This document shows positions 10,420 through 17,958 of a stretch of 48,604 nt of DNA, in pieces. Origin of the DNA: Eubacteriales bacterium (lineage in GTDB: Bacteria; Bacillota; Clostridia; Oscillospirales; CAG-272); contig JAZTZC010000437.1 in the NCBI GenBank assembly GCA_045637265.1, positions 1 through 48,604 on the forward strand. Direction: 5' to 3'. Each line of letters begins with the position of its first letter. Within the stretch, counting starts at the first letter, position 1. The position numbers were made by a program, and so were the translations under genes. The notes under the pieces are model-generated. The model was not told the origin of the DNA, searched no databases, and saw only the letters and a program-made list of their open reading frames with translations.

Positions 10420-10998
10420 TCAGTTCAGTGCCCTGTATTTTTCGGCGATGGCGCGCATATCCTCCAGCATATCCTCTCGCTTGGAGGGATCACGCAAAAG
10501 CGCCGACGGATGGTAAACGGCACACATCTCAAACGCACCGCGCGAAAACCAGACACCGTGTTCTCTGGTAATGCGGAAATCGGGCTTGATCAGCCGCTGT
10601 GCGGAAATTCGTCCCAGACAAACGAGAAGCTTCGGGCGGATGATACGCACCTGTGCACGCAGATGCTCGATGCAGGCATCTTCCTCTTCCGGAAGCGGAT
10701 CACGGTTGCGCGGCGGTCTGCATTTGAGAATATTGGCAATGTAGACGTCATCCCGCGGAATCCCGACGGCAAACAGATAACGGTCGAGCAGCTGTCCCGC
10801 GGCACCGACAAACGGAATCCCCGTCGCATCCTCTCGTTCCCCCGGTGCTTCCCCGACAAACATCAGACGGGCATCGGGAGATCCTGTGCCGAAGACAAGA
10901 TTGGTTCTTGTGGCGCCGAGTGCACAGCGCTGACAGGACTCACACGCGGCACGGACAGCGGCAAGCTTCTCTGCTTGTTCAGACATGAAAATTACCAT
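10420..10998 (-). CDS. Uracil-DNA glycosylase family 4 (start may be 10986)
   Basis: C..C..C iron-sulfur motif, [28 protein letters not shown]. Confidence 0.92.
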   Translation of the reverse strand: MVIFMSEQAEKLAAVRAACESCQRCALGATRTNLVFGTGSPDARLMFVGEAPGEREDATGIPFVGAAGQLLDRYLFAVGIPRDDVYIANILKCRPPRNRDPLPEEEDACIEHLRAQVRIIRPKLLVCLGRISAQRLIKPDFRITREHGVWFSRGAFEMCAVYHPSALLRDPSKREDMLEDMRAIAEKYRALN

Positions 10999-11143
10999 GG
11001 CTTTCGTCTAAGAAAGCCTTCCTTTCTTGGGGAATTGTGGCTGGGTTTTGAACGCGATCCAATCGCGGGCAAATTCGCCGCCGATCCGGTGGCGAAAGCC
11101 ACAAAACCCGCGTGAAAAAGTATTTTTCACGCTAATAACTCCT

Positions 11144-11533
11144 TTATTTTGTGTTTACCATCAGCGCCGCCATTGTCGGTATTGCATCATGGGCGCACAG
11201 ACACCGCGCATGCTCACCGAGACAGCACAAAATCGACGCGGATATAATCCGACATCCGAACTCCTCCAAAAGCAAGGTCGGCGAAAGCGGCGCGCCCTCC
11301 TCTGAAACCGGCTCCTCCACGGAAAGATAGAAACGGTGACTGTTCGGCATGATGTACAGCGCACTGTCGCCGCGATAACCGCGTTCACAAAGCATGCTGC
11401 AAAGTCGGATCAGACAGTCCGGCGGACAGTCGTCAAACGCATACAGCGCATGTGCGGCAGTACGGCGGCGGGTACGGGGCGGAGGTGCGGCGGTCCCGGT
11501 CAGAGACACGGAGGACGGTGTGGCAGTGGTCAT
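11144..11533 (-). CDS. Small protein resembling the MecA adaptor C-terminal domain
   Basis: YAFDD...LIRL...DSALY...FYL...LEEFG pattern; AAGGAA RBS. Confidence 0.5.
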   Translation of the reverse strand: MTTATPSSVSLTGTAAPPPRTRRRTAAHALYAFDDCPPDCLIRLCSMLCERGYRGDSALYIMPNSHRFYLSVEEPVSEEGAPLSPTLLLEEFGCRIISASILCCLGEHARCLCAHDAIPTMAALMVNTK

Positions 11534-11645
11534 ATGTATCAGGTTCCTTTCTTCGTATTGGGAATTTGCTTACGCGCTTATTATATTATAATCCCAAACG
11601 GTGAAAATGGAAACCCTCAATTTATGGAAATCACGCCGCAAGTAA

Positions 11646-12377
11646 TCAGAATGTATAGTACGGCAGAAGCGGTCTTCCTCCAATCTCGAAAATGTAATCC
11701 TTCGAGCGCAGAAGTGCAATCAGCTCGTCGTTGTTCTTCGGCAGCGTCTTTGCGCGAAGTGCAGCAGAACCTTCGTGACCGCGGTGATGCAGGTCCGTAC
11801 CGATGGTCAGAATCGGAATGTTCTCCACATCTGCATAGCGTGTGGAAACCGTAATGCGGGAATTGTGACCGGGGTGCATATTGAACGCCTCGATACCGTC
11901 CATATGAGCACCGTCCATGGCGACAATGCCATTGCGGAACGGGTGCGCCTGACAGATCAGACGGTTTTCGGCATGATAGATTTCATAGAATTCACGGAAG
12001 GTCAGGTCAAGACGGTTGACGGTTTCACGCAGGAACGCTTCATCCGCACCGAAGACGAGATAGTCGTTGGAGTTTTCCTCGAAACGGAATTCCGCGCCGA
12101 GCAGAACGGTAATGCCTTCCTCCGCACCGATACGCTTCGCTTCTTCATAATCGGAAAGATAGGTGCCGACGGGATCGTCCGTCTTGAAAAACTGTGCACC
12201 GGGATTGAAGTGATTGGTGATGACAACCGCGTCGTATCCCTGCTCCCGCAGTCTGGAAATGAACTCCTTTGGCGGCAGTTCCGAGCAGCCGGAGCAGGGG
12301 GAGGTATGCGCATGCAGTTCAATTTTGTACTTGTATTGAGAGAGGTAATTCTGTACCTCTGCAGGAATGAGATTCAT
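11646..12377 (-). CDS. PHP-domain metal-dependent phosphoesterase
   Basis: ELHAHT, VVITNH, GAE, QAHPFR, GTDLH motifs; AAGGAG RBS. Confidence 0.85.
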   Translation of the reverse strand: MNLIPAEVQNYLSQYKYKIELHAHTSPCSGCSELPPKEFISRLREQGYDAVVITNHFNPGAQFFKTDDPVGTYLSDYEEAKRIGAEEGITVLLGAEFRFEENSNDYLVFGADEAFLRETVNRLDLTFREFYEIYHAENRLICQAHPFRNGIVAMDGAHMDGIEAFNMHPGHNSRITVSTRYADVENIPILTIGTDLHHRGHEGSAALRAKTLPKNNDELIALLRSKDYIFEIGGRPLLPYYTF

Positions 12378-12593
12378 TACGGTGACTCCTTTTCAAATGA
12401 ATAATGATTTTATTATATTATAAATCAAAACCCCGGAAATGTACAGAGGTTTTCCCGAATTTCCCGCAGAAAATTTCAACAAAAATTTTTACATCACATC
12501 GCAAGAAAAACGAAGATAAAACGAGCATTTGAGAGATAAAACGAGATATCGAAATTCTAAATCAAAATTTCCAAAAAATCTTCAAAAAACCCC

Positions 12594-12622
12594 TTGACAA
12601 CGGCATTTTTCTGTGGTATAAT
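12594..12622 (+). promoter_or_regulatory. Consensus sigma-A promoter of rplM-rpsI
   Basis: TTGACA-17 bp-TATAAT with extended -10 TG. Confidence 0.9.
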
Positions 12623-12650
12623 CTTACACGTTCTGCAAAAGAAATAGGAT

Positions 12651-12676
12651 GGTACCGCAAGAAAACGCGCGGTATC
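12651..12676 (+). promoter_or_regulatory. Hairpin in the rplM 5' leader (possible autoregulatory leader)
   Basis: GGTACCGC...GCGGTATC stem upstream of the GGAGG RBS. Confidence 0.4.
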
Positions 12677-12701
12677 GATAACAATAACGGAGGAAAAAAA
12701 C

Positions 12702-13130
12702 ATGTCCACTTTCATGGCTAAAAAGGAAACGCTGGAACGCGCATGGTATGTCATCGATGCAGCAGGCAAGCCCGTCGGTAAGACCGCAGCGCTCGCAGCT
12801 TCCATTCTCAACGGCAAGCACAAGCCCACCTACACCCCTCATGTTGACTGCGGCGATCACGTCGTTATCATCAACGCATCCAAGGCTATCTTCACCGGCA
12901 AGAAGCTGACCGATAAGATGTACTACCATCATTCCGGTTACATCGGCGGTCTGAAGTTCATCTCTGCAAGCCAGCTGATGAAGACCAATCCGGAAGCTGT
13001 TCTCGAACTGGCAGTCAAGGGTATGCTCCCCCACAACTCCATCGGTGCTGCATCCTTCAACCGTCTCAAGGTTTACGCAGATGCAGACCACAAGCAGCAG
13101 GCTCAGAAGCCGACCCTCATCGAAGCTTGA
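12702..13130 (+). CDS. rplM: 50S ribosomal protein L13
   Basis: WYVIDAAG, GKHKPTYTPHVDCGDHVVIINA, YYHHSGYIGGLK. Confidence 0.99.
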   Translation: MSTFMAKKETLERAWYVIDAAGKPVGKTAALAASILNGKHKPTYTPHVDCGDHVVIINASKAIFTGKKLTDKMYYHHSGYIGGLKFISASQLMKTNPEAVLELAVKGMLPHNSIGAASFNRLKVYADADHKQQAQKPTLIEA

Positions 13131-13161
13131 TCGAAGATTGTCAGAAAGGAAGTAACAGAAC

Positions 13162-13566
13162 ATGATGTATACAAGCGCTAAGCCCTACTTCTACGGCACG
13201 GGCAGAAGAAAGAAGTCCACCGCAAGAGTCCGCATCCTTCCCGGTACCGGTGTCATCACCATCAACGGCCGTGACATCGACGACTACTTCGGTCTGGAAA
13301 CCATGAAGCTCATCGTCAACCAGCCCTTCGGCGTTACCGCTACTGAAGGCAAGTTTGACATCATCGCAAACGTTCGCGGCGGCGGTTTCTCCGGCCAGGC
13401 AGGTGCTATCCGTCACGGCGTTGCAAAGGCTCTCCTTCAGGCAGACGAAACCTTCCGTCCCGCTCTGAAGAAGGCAGGATTCCTCACTCGTGACCCGAGA
13501 ATGAAGGAAAGAAAGAAGTACGGTCTGAAGGCAGCTCGCCGCGCACCGCAGTTCTCCAAGAGATAA
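13162..13566 (+). CDS. rpsI: 30S ribosomal protein S9
   Basis: [48 protein letters not shown]. Confidence 0.99.
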   Translation: MMYTSAKPYFYGTGRRKKSTARVRILPGTGVITINGRDIDDYFGLETMKLIVNQPFGVTATEGKFDIIANVRGGGFSGQAGAIRHGVAKALLQADETFRPALKKAGFLTRDPRMKERKKYGLKAARRAPQFSKR

Positions 13567-13582
13567 TTTATTATTTCGATAT

Positions 13583-13614
13583 ACAAAAAGCTCTGTTTTG
13601 GCAGGGCTTTTTGT
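13583..13614 (+). terminator. Intrinsic terminator after rpsI (element-borne)
   Basis: ACAAAAAGCTCTG...CAGGGCTTTTTGT hairpin with T-run. Confidence 0.75.
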
Positions 13615-13754
13615 TTTGCAATGGGTTTGACGTCAAGGCTATTTCCGAGCACTTTGGGCATTGTAATACGGCTATAACCTCTGGCATTTATACTCACATT
13701 TTTAAGGAGTATAAGGCAAAGATGGCTGAAAGTATTGAAAAAGACCTCATTTAA
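13611..13754 (+). pseudogene. C-terminal remnant of a tyrosine recombinase/integrase
   Basis: Manual translation LFCNGFDVKAISEHFGHCNTAITSGIYTHIFKEYKAKMAESIEKDLI*: box II G.D...S..(L/F)GH....T..Y.H with catalytic Tyr; no upstream HxxR motif or start. Confidence 0.8.
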
Positions 13755-13785
13755 GCGATAGAACGACACGATTTGTAAATTTTCG

Positions 13786-13830
13786 TGCCGTTTTCTTTAT
13801 TTATTCACAGTTCTATGATATAATGATATC
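13786..13830 (+). promoter_or_regulatory. Promoter-containing 45-bp segment, copy 1
   Basis: TGaTATAAT at 13816-13824; 40/45 identical to 14776-14820. Confidence 0.7.
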
Positions 13831-13968
13831 AGTTCGATAAACTTGAATTTTGCGAACAGAATACACAGGACATAATGTGTCTACCTCGAAACCACGGCAT
13901 TTCTCGCTTTGTGTCGTGGCGTTTTAGATACGGCAGCGGTATGATTTACACGAAAGGAGGGGTTCCGA

Positions 13969-14502
13969 ATGAACCAACAAAAAACAGGTGAGCTCTTGAA
14001 ACACCTGCGCAAGGAAAAAGGGCTAACCCAAGAGCAACTGGCAGAACACTTTTATGTATCTTCCCGAACCGTATCACGGTGGGAGACGGGCAACAATATG
14101 CCAGACTTGGATATGCTCATTGAACTTGCGGACTTCTATGATGTAGATATTCGTGAAATCATTGACGGAGAAAGGATAAGCGAGAATATGGACAACGAAA
14201 CCAAGGACACCTTGAAAAAAGTGGCTGAATATGCCGCAGATGAAAACAAAAAACTCAAAAACAAAATGATTGATATGATGCTGGGTGCTGTAATCCTTCT
14301 GGTGTTCAGTTCTGTTTTATTTGAAAACACGCAAAGCGGTTTGCTCTACGGTATTGTACCAGAAGGTGCCTGCAATAATCTTATGATGTTTTCCCAAGGA
14401 TTGGCCGTTGCTGCACTTGTACTGAATATTCTTTACCTTATGGGGCTGTTTGAAAAAATCAGCAAATGGAAGAAACGTCACAAAGAAAACAATCATTCAT
14501 AA
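13969..14502 (+). CDS. XRE-family HTH regulator with two C-terminal TM helices
   Basis: LRKEKGLTQEQLAEHFYVSSRTVSRWETG; two hydrophobic helices; AAGGAGG RBS. Confidence 0.92.
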   Translation: MNQQKTGELLKHLRKEKGLTQEQLAEHFYVSSRTVSRWETGNNMPDLDMLIELADFYDVDIREIIDGERISENMDNETKDTLKKVAEYAADENKKLKNKMIDMMLGAVILLVFSSVLFENTQSGLLYGIVPEGACNNLMMFSQGLAVAALVLNILYLMGLFEKISKWKKRHKENNHS

Positions 14503-14540
14503 TTTTAATGTGCTACAAATTCCAATTTGTCTAATAGTAC

Positions 14541-14582
14541 GGGTGTTAATCTTGGTGTGAGTTTGGTGCTAATTTGGTGCAA
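14541..14582. repeat. Four short tandem (T/G)GGTG repeats, candidate integrase arm-binding sites near attR
   Basis: GGGTGTTAATCT TGGTGTGAGTT TGGTGCTAATT TGGTGCAA, 11-12 bp period. Confidence 0.5.
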
Positions 14583-14738
14583 CATCTTATGTGACAGCAC
14601 GAAAAATATCAAACGCCATGCGATTGCACCCCCACAATATCCCACGAAATGAGCGTTACGCACGATATAAAACGCTGTGAAACGCCAATGCAAAAACTCC
14701 AAGAGATAATTTCAGCCCAAGGGCGATTATCAAAAATG

Positions 14739-14770
14739 ACAGCACTCACAAGCGTGGGGGCTGTTTTTTT
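14739..14770 (+). terminator. Intrinsic terminator just past attR (probably the original rpsI terminator)
   Basis: ACAGCACTCAC-AAGC-GTGGGGGCTGT followed by T-run. Confidence 0.65.
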
Positions 14771-14775
14771 GCTTA

Positions 14776-14820
14776 TGCCGGTTTCTTTATTTATTCACAT
14801 TTCCGTGATATAATGGTATC
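14776..14820 (+). promoter_or_regulatory. Promoter-containing 45-bp segment, copy 2, heading the accessory operon
   Basis: TGaTATAAT at 14806-14814. Confidence 0.7.
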
Positions 14821-14871
14821 GTCAAACGTCGTTGCATTTGAAAAATCCTCGCTCACAAAGGAGACATTCGC

Positions 14872-15036
14872 ATGAACCGTTTTCAGAAAGTCGCTATCCT
14901 GTTTGCCTTCGCCGCTGTTTGTTTCGCGGCAGGTACTGTCAACCACATACTCAATACAGGAGAGGATGCACTGTCATCCGCGCTTTTGTGTGTGGGATGC
15001 ATCTGCGCGGCAGTTGTTTTCATGAAAAAGAAATAA
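14872..15036 (+). CDS. Small 54-aa membrane protein (absent from the ORF track)
   Basis: AAGGAG RBS; MNRFQKVAILFAFAAVCFAAGTVNHILNTGEDALSSALLCVGCICAAVVFMKKK, two hydrophobic helices. Confidence 0.7.
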   Translation: MNRFQKVAILFAFAAVCFAAGTVNHILNTGEDALSSALLCVGCICAAVVFMKKK

Positions 15037-15062
15037 ATCGACAGAAAGCAGGTAACATCCAC

Positions 15063-15509
15063 ATGACTGCAATCATCCGCACAATGACCCTCTCCGATTA
15101 TGACAGTGTCTATCGATTATGGTGCAGCACCCCCGGCATGGGACTCAATACGACCGACGACAGCCGTGAGGGCATTGAAAAATATCTGAAGCGTAATCCG
15201 ACAACGAGCTTTGTCGCGGAACAGGACGGCAGAATCGTCGGTGTCATCATGGCTGGTCATGACGGCAGACGCGGATACATTCACCACACGGCGGTTCTGC
15301 CGGAATATCGCGGTCACGGAATCGCCGTACAGCTTGTCAATCACGCCATGGCTGCACTGGACAAAGAAGGCATCAGCAAGACCGCGCTCGTCGCATTCAA
15401 AAGCAATGAGCTTGGAAACGGATTCTGGGAGCACATCGGCTTTACCGAGCGCGAGGATCTTGTCTACCGCAACAAAAACATCCGCACATTGGAGCGAATC
15501 GACACATGA
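15063..15509 (+). CDS. GNAT acetyltransferase (YpeA-like)
   Basis: GVIMAGHDGRRGYIHHTAVLPEYRGHGIA; start moved to MTAIIR. Confidence 0.88.
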   Translation: MTAIIRTMTLSDYDSVYRLWCSTPGMGLNTTDDSREGIEKYLKRNPTTSFVAEQDGRIVGVIMAGHDGRRGYIHHTAVLPEYRGHGIAVQLVNHAMAALDKEGISKTALVAFKSNELGNGFWEHIGFTEREDLVYRNKNIRTLERIDT

Positions 15510-15841
15510 GCATCGGACAAACCGTCAAGGTCATCGTTGACCGTCCTATGGGGTCATATCATCCCAAACACAAGGATTTATACTATCCCGTCAATTACGG
15601 CTATATTCCGGGTATTTTTGCGCCGGACGGTGAGGAACAGGACGCCTATATTCTCGGCGTATCGGAACCCGTCACGGAATTTGTCGGGCAGGTGATTGCC
15701 GTCATCCACCGCTATGACGACATTGAGGAAAAATGGGTGGTGGCACCCGTGGGCATGACCTTTACCAAAGAGGAAATTGCCGCGCAGGTTGCGTTTCAGG
15801 AGCAATATTTCATGACAGAAATCCGCATGGAAGAATCGTAA
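15506..15841 (+). CDS. Small inorganic pyrophosphatase-like protein
   Basis: VDRPMGSYHP, YPVNYGYIPG..APDGEEQDAY, DDIEEKWVV. Confidence 0.8.
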   Translation: MSIGQTVKVIVDRPMGSYHPKHKDLYYPVNYGYIPGIFAPDGEEQDAYILGVSEPVTEFVGQVIAVIHRYDDIEEKWVVAPVGMTFTKEEIAAQVAFQEQYFMTEIRMEES

Positions 15842-15859
15842 GAAGAAGTAGGTAACCCG

Positions 15860-16249
15860 ATGAAAAAAAGCACCATCATTGCATACATTCTGACCCTCGC
15901 AGTGTCCGTTTCCGCCGCATTTTCGGTCGGATATCATGTACGCGGACAAAAACAAACAGAATCCGCCGCACATACATGTCAGACATATCTTTCCCTGGCA
16001 GCACAGAAGCTAAAATTTGGCGATATCACCAATCCCGATACGATGGAAGCACTGATCAGCAATGTTTACGCCGCTTTGAGCCACTGCACGGATCCCAATG
16101 CCGCAAGTCAGCTGCATGCGCTTTGGAATGCGCTGATCTTTTCCTACGAGGATTACGCCGCACAGCCGGAGATTGTGATGGAACGCTTGAAGGAAATTCA
16201 CAATATGCTGCCAAAAAAATACAACAAGTACGGAATATTCAGCGAATAA
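15860..16249 (+). CDS. Hypothetical protein with N-terminal signal/TM anchor
   Basis: MKK plus hydrophobic helix; in operon context. Confidence 0.65.
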   Translation: MKKSTIIAYILTLAVSVSAAFSVGYHVRGQKQTESAAHTCQTYLSLAAQKLKFGDITNPDTMEALISNVYAALSHCTDPNAASQLHALWNALIFSYEDYAAQPEIVMERLKEIHNMLPKKYNKYGIFSE

Positions 16250-16260
16250 AGGAACGATAT

Positions 16261-16773
16261 ATGCGCCTGTTTCACGTAAGCGAAGAACCCGATATCACGG
16301 TATTCCATCCTCGTCTGCCCAAACGGCGAGATCTTGATCCGTCAGTCGGTCTTGTCTGGGCAATCGATGAAGAACATCTGCCGAACTTTCTCACACCGCG
16401 AGACTGTCCGCGCGTGACATATCACATTCGCCCCGAAACCACAGCGGAAGATCGACAGCGATTCTTTACATCCGACACCGTGATGCATACAGTCATCATC
16501 GAACATGGTTGGTTTGATCGGATGCGGAATACTACCCTGTATCTCTATGAGTTCGATCCGTCAGACTTTGTCTTGCAAGATGACATTGCCGGTTATTATG
16601 TTGCCAAAATCATGCAAACGCCGATTGCAAGGCACATCATCGATGATCTGCCCGGTGCGCTGATCGCTCGTGGTGTGGAACTGCGCATCACCGACAACCT
16701 GCGGCGTATTGCAGAGGAGGTCAAGACTTCAACCCTCAGCTGGTCGCTGTGTCGGATGGGAAATGCAAAATAA
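16261..16773 (+). CDS. DUF6886-like hypothetical protein
   Basis: MRLFHVSEEP.I..F.PR, VWAID, NFLTPRDCPRV, LYLYEF; AAGGAA RBS. Confidence 0.7.
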   Translation: MRLFHVSEEPDITVFHPRLPKRRDLDPSVGLVWAIDEEHLPNFLTPRDCPRVTYHIRPETTAEDRQRFFTSDTVMHTVIIEHGWFDRMRNTTLYLYEFDPSDFVLQDDIAGYYVAKIMQTPIARHIIDDLPGALIARGVELRITDNLRRIAEEVKTSTLSWSLCRMGNAK

Positions 16774-16790
16774 GGAGAACAAGTATATTT

Positions 16791-17306
16791 ATGGAAAAAG
16801 GCAAGATCATCTTTCTGAACGGCGTGACAAGCACCGGAAAAACATCCATCGTCGATGCCATGCAGAACCGCAGCGATATCTTTTTCTATGCAATGGCAAA
16901 TGACCTGTTTCAGGATATGGTCGGCGAGCGATATCTGCGCGAAAATTACTGGAAATATCTCGGTGATGTTTTAATGGAAATGTATCGCACGGCAAAAGAA
17001 TTCTCCGACCGCGGGCACCATGTGATTTTAGACGGTGTTTTATCGGAGCGTCCCGAAATTCCCGATCATTACAGGCGGATGCGTGAAATTCTCACTGACA
17101 ATCCGCTGTATATGGTTCATGTCACCTGCCCGCTTGAAATATGCCGTCAGCGCAATCTTGCACGTGGTAACAGAGGCGAATTTCAGTCGCATGAGCAGGC
17201 AGAGCATATGCCGCAGAATGTCGATTATGCGCTGGAGGTAGATACATCCGTATTGTCCTCCGAGGAATGTGCGGAGATCATCATAAAAACAATTTTCGGA
17301 AAGTAA
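16791..17306 (+). CDS. Chloramphenicol phosphotransferase-like P-loop kinase
   Basis: GKIIFLNGVTSTGKT, VILDGV, VHVTCPLEICRQR..ARGNR, YALEVDTS. Confidence 0.8.
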   Translation: MEKGKIIFLNGVTSTGKTSIVDAMQNRSDIFFYAMANDLFQDMVGERYLRENYWKYLGDVLMEMYRTAKEFSDRGHHVILDGVLSERPEIPDHYRRMREILTDNPLYMVHVTCPLEICRQRNLARGNRGEFQSHEQAEHMPQNVDYALEVDTSVLSSEECAEIIIKTIFGK

Positions 17307-17310
17307 AGCA

Positions 17311-17343
17311 AAAGGAGATGCTCACCAAACGGGCATCTCCTTT
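17311..17343. terminator. Probable bidirectional terminator
   Basis: AAAGGAGATGC...GCATCTCCTTT inverted repeat between convergent genes. Confidence 0.7.
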
Positions 17344-17381
17344 GTGATATTTGCGGATATGGAAGACAAATGGGGTGAGCA

Positions 17382-17828
17382 TCAAAACAAAATTCTGACT
17401 CCAAATTCTTTTGCGCATCTCGGACACCGTACCGTATGCTTCCCTGTTCTGCGCGGCAGACACAGTTCCGCTTTGCAGTGCGGGCAGGTACGGTAACGCT
17501 TGGTCGGCAGATTCTTTGCACGGATACCGAGCTTTTTGAAAAACACACCGATGGATTTCAGCACAGGAATATGGGCACACTTTGCGGAAACCTTCGTTTT
17601 GAAGTTCCACCACGCCATGTTTTCGCGGCGACGTGCGTCAAGATTGCGGGAAAAGAAACGGAACAGCATATACAGTGCGGCGACGGTACAAAGCCCGGAC
17701 AGAACCGCGCTCCTCACAAACAGCGAGAGAATCCAGAGTATCAGATACGTATAAAAAAGTGCATGATTGAGCGCGTCCATGCCACATCGGCCGTACATGA
17801 AGCGCATGATTTTTTCGGCAAATTTCAT
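17382..17828 (-). CDS. Conserved hypothetical membrane protein with C-terminal zinc ribbon
   Basis: RFMYGR.G.D.L, two TM helices, CPHC...CPRC. Confidence 0.8.
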   Translation of the reverse strand: MKFAEKIMRFMYGRCGMDALNHALFYTYLILWILSLFVRSAVLSGLCTVAALYMLFRFFSRNLDARRRENMAWWNFKTKVSAKCAHIPVLKSIGVFFKKLGIRAKNLPTKRYRTCPHCKAELCLPRRTGKHTVRCPRCAKEFGVRILF

Positions 17829-17958
17829 TGGGGGTACAAGTCCTTCCTTCTTTTATGACAGAAAGTATTATACCGCAAAAATATGACCGCATTGTGACCT
17901 TTTTTCGCAGAAATTGGAAATCCTTCGTAACAAATACCGTCACTCCGCAGGCAGGTTT

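Larger units (their letters stand above)
13554..14712. mobile_element. Decayed integrative element inserted at the rpsI 3' end
   Basis: 16-bp direct repeat CTCCAAGAGATAATTT at 13554-13569 (end of rpsI) and 14697-14712; AT-rich interior; integrase remnant inside. Confidence 0.8.

Noticed and set aside
13437-13769. 110-aa minus-strand ORF overlapping the rpsI end
   Set aside because: Shadow of rpsI and of the + strand integrase remnant.
14832-15062. N-terminal extension of the GNAT ORF in the track
   Set aside because: Overlaps a promoter-proximal small gene with its own RBS; track extensions at 15976, 16749, 23845, 31548, 38162, 39839, 42332, 44418 and 46132 were likewise trimmed to better-supported starts.
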